Sequence record: ON528725
Strand: one strand, 5' to 3'
Source of the DNA: Shigella phage ESh15
DNA: 64,000 bases
Below, in pieces: positions 63,136 to 64,000 of the stretch. Below the pieces are notes generated by a model. The model was not told where the DNA came from. It saw only the letters and a program-made list of their open reading frames with translations, and ran no database searches. Position 1 is the stretch's first letter; every line of letters begins with the position of its first letter. A program made the translations under genes and the position numbers.

Positions 63136-63616
63136 TAAAAAGGTAATGATTCCTAAATTAGGGCTCAAACATTATAATCTTTTAAAGGACGTTAAAGGTC
63201 CTGACGAAAACATGAAAATCTTAGCTGATTCTATTTGTAAAAATATGAGTCCCGCAGATTTTGATTTTGCATGTCTACACATATTGGAATTTAATAACAA
63301 ACTTAAGTCTGAAGTTGAAAAAGACGGATTCACATATAAACTAGATGACGTCTATGTATGCCAACGAACAGAATTCCAATTCCAAGGCAATACTTTTTAT
63401 TTTAGACCTCCAGGCAAATTTGAACAATTCGCTACAATCAGTGAAATGTTATCAAATTGCTTAATAAAAGTTAATGACGAAGAGAAAGAAATTTCTTTCC
63501 TTGAGATGCCTGCTTTTGTAATCAAATGGGCAGAAGACCTTTCGACAACTATTGCTATTCCAGGCCCTAATGGCCCTATTAAGGGTATAGCAGAAATTAT
63601 TGGATTGCTTGAATGA
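63083..63616 (+). CDS. 28: gp28 baseplate hub distal subunit
   Basis: 177 aa as in T4 gp28; overlaps the 3' end of gene 27. Confidence 0.8.
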   Translation: MNLNLILPLKKIILPQSNKKVMIPKLGLKHYNLLKDVKGPDENMKILADSICKNMSPADFDFACLHILEFNNKLKSEVEKDGFTYKLDDVYVCQRTEFQFQGNTFYFRPPGKFEQFATISEMLSNCLIKVNDEEKEISFLEMPAFVIKWAEDLSTTIAIPGPNGPIKGIAEIIGLLE

Positions 63617-64000
63617 AACCTGAAGAAATGAAATCCATGCGTAGAAATAAGGTCATTGCCGATAATAAACCACAAAAAGTAGCTGCAACAGCAGCTACCG
63701 ATTCATTAGAAGCATTGAATGATATTTCATCAAAACTAGACGATGTCCAAGCCGCGTCTGAACTCACATCGCAAAGTGTAGAAGATAAAGGCAATGGAAT
63801 TATTGAATCAATTGGAGACTTAAAGAATTCGACAGATAATACTGCTGAAGGCACAGAGCTTATCGCAGAAGTTATTGAAAAACAAACTGAAGTCACTAAA
63901 AGTATAAATGAAGTTTCTAGTGCAATAAGCTCTAAGTTAGACCGATTAGCTACATTATTAGAGCAAAAATTACAAACATCTACCGCTATTCAAAATACAG
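63613..64000 (+). CDS. 29: gp29 tail tape-measure/hub protein, N-terminal part (continues beyond window)
   Basis: N-terminus MK(P/S)E(E/N)M(K/S)(S/T)MRR(N/R)KVIAD resembles T4 gp29; no stop before the window end. Confidence 0.85.
   Translation, partial: MKPEEMKSMRRNKVIADNKPQKVAATAATDSLEALNDISSKLDDVQAASELTSQSVEDKGNGIIESIGDLKNSTDNTAEGTELIAEVIEKQTEVTKSINEVSSAISSKLDRLATLLEQKLQTSTAIQNT

Overview
This window is a segment of a T4-like (Tevenvirinae, T-even type) myophage genome; the major capsid protein, lysozyme e, terminase, RNA ligase 2 and baseplate proteins match my recollection of the T4 proteins closely and gene order follows T4. Positions 1-23517 are a minus-strand early/middle region: rI, tk, regB, a GrcA-like glycyl-radical cofactor, denV, e, nudE, many small hypothetical ORFs, a reduced tRNA cluster (2 tRNAs), the ipI-57B-57A-1-3-2-4 block. 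Positions 23579-64000 are the plus-strand late morphogenesis module (53, 5, 5.1, 5.4, 6-12, wac, 13-20, 67, 68, 21-24, uvsW, 51, 27, 28, start of 29), interrupted by minus-strand rnlB/24.2/24.3/hoc/inh and uvsY.-2/uvsY.-1/uvsY/25/26. The early region carries at least 16 near-identical early-promoter cassettes (GTTTAC -35, TATAGT/TACTAT -10) in which the -10 sits inside an inverted repeat. The most interesting content is an expanded set of eight genes with the N-terminal capsid-targeting sequence of T4 internal proteins (MKTYxEFIxE), a macrodomain-like protein, a tandem triplet of small proteins ending in a conserved GWVSSSxxC motif, and an 89-aa gene with its own early-promoter cassette sitting between genes 23 and 24. 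No CRISPR array, rRNA or transposon was seen. All protein identifications are from motifs, length and synteny recalled from memory, not from database searches. The ORF track translates non-ATG first codons as M, so several starts were re-derived by locating the ATG and Shine-Dalgarno by eye.
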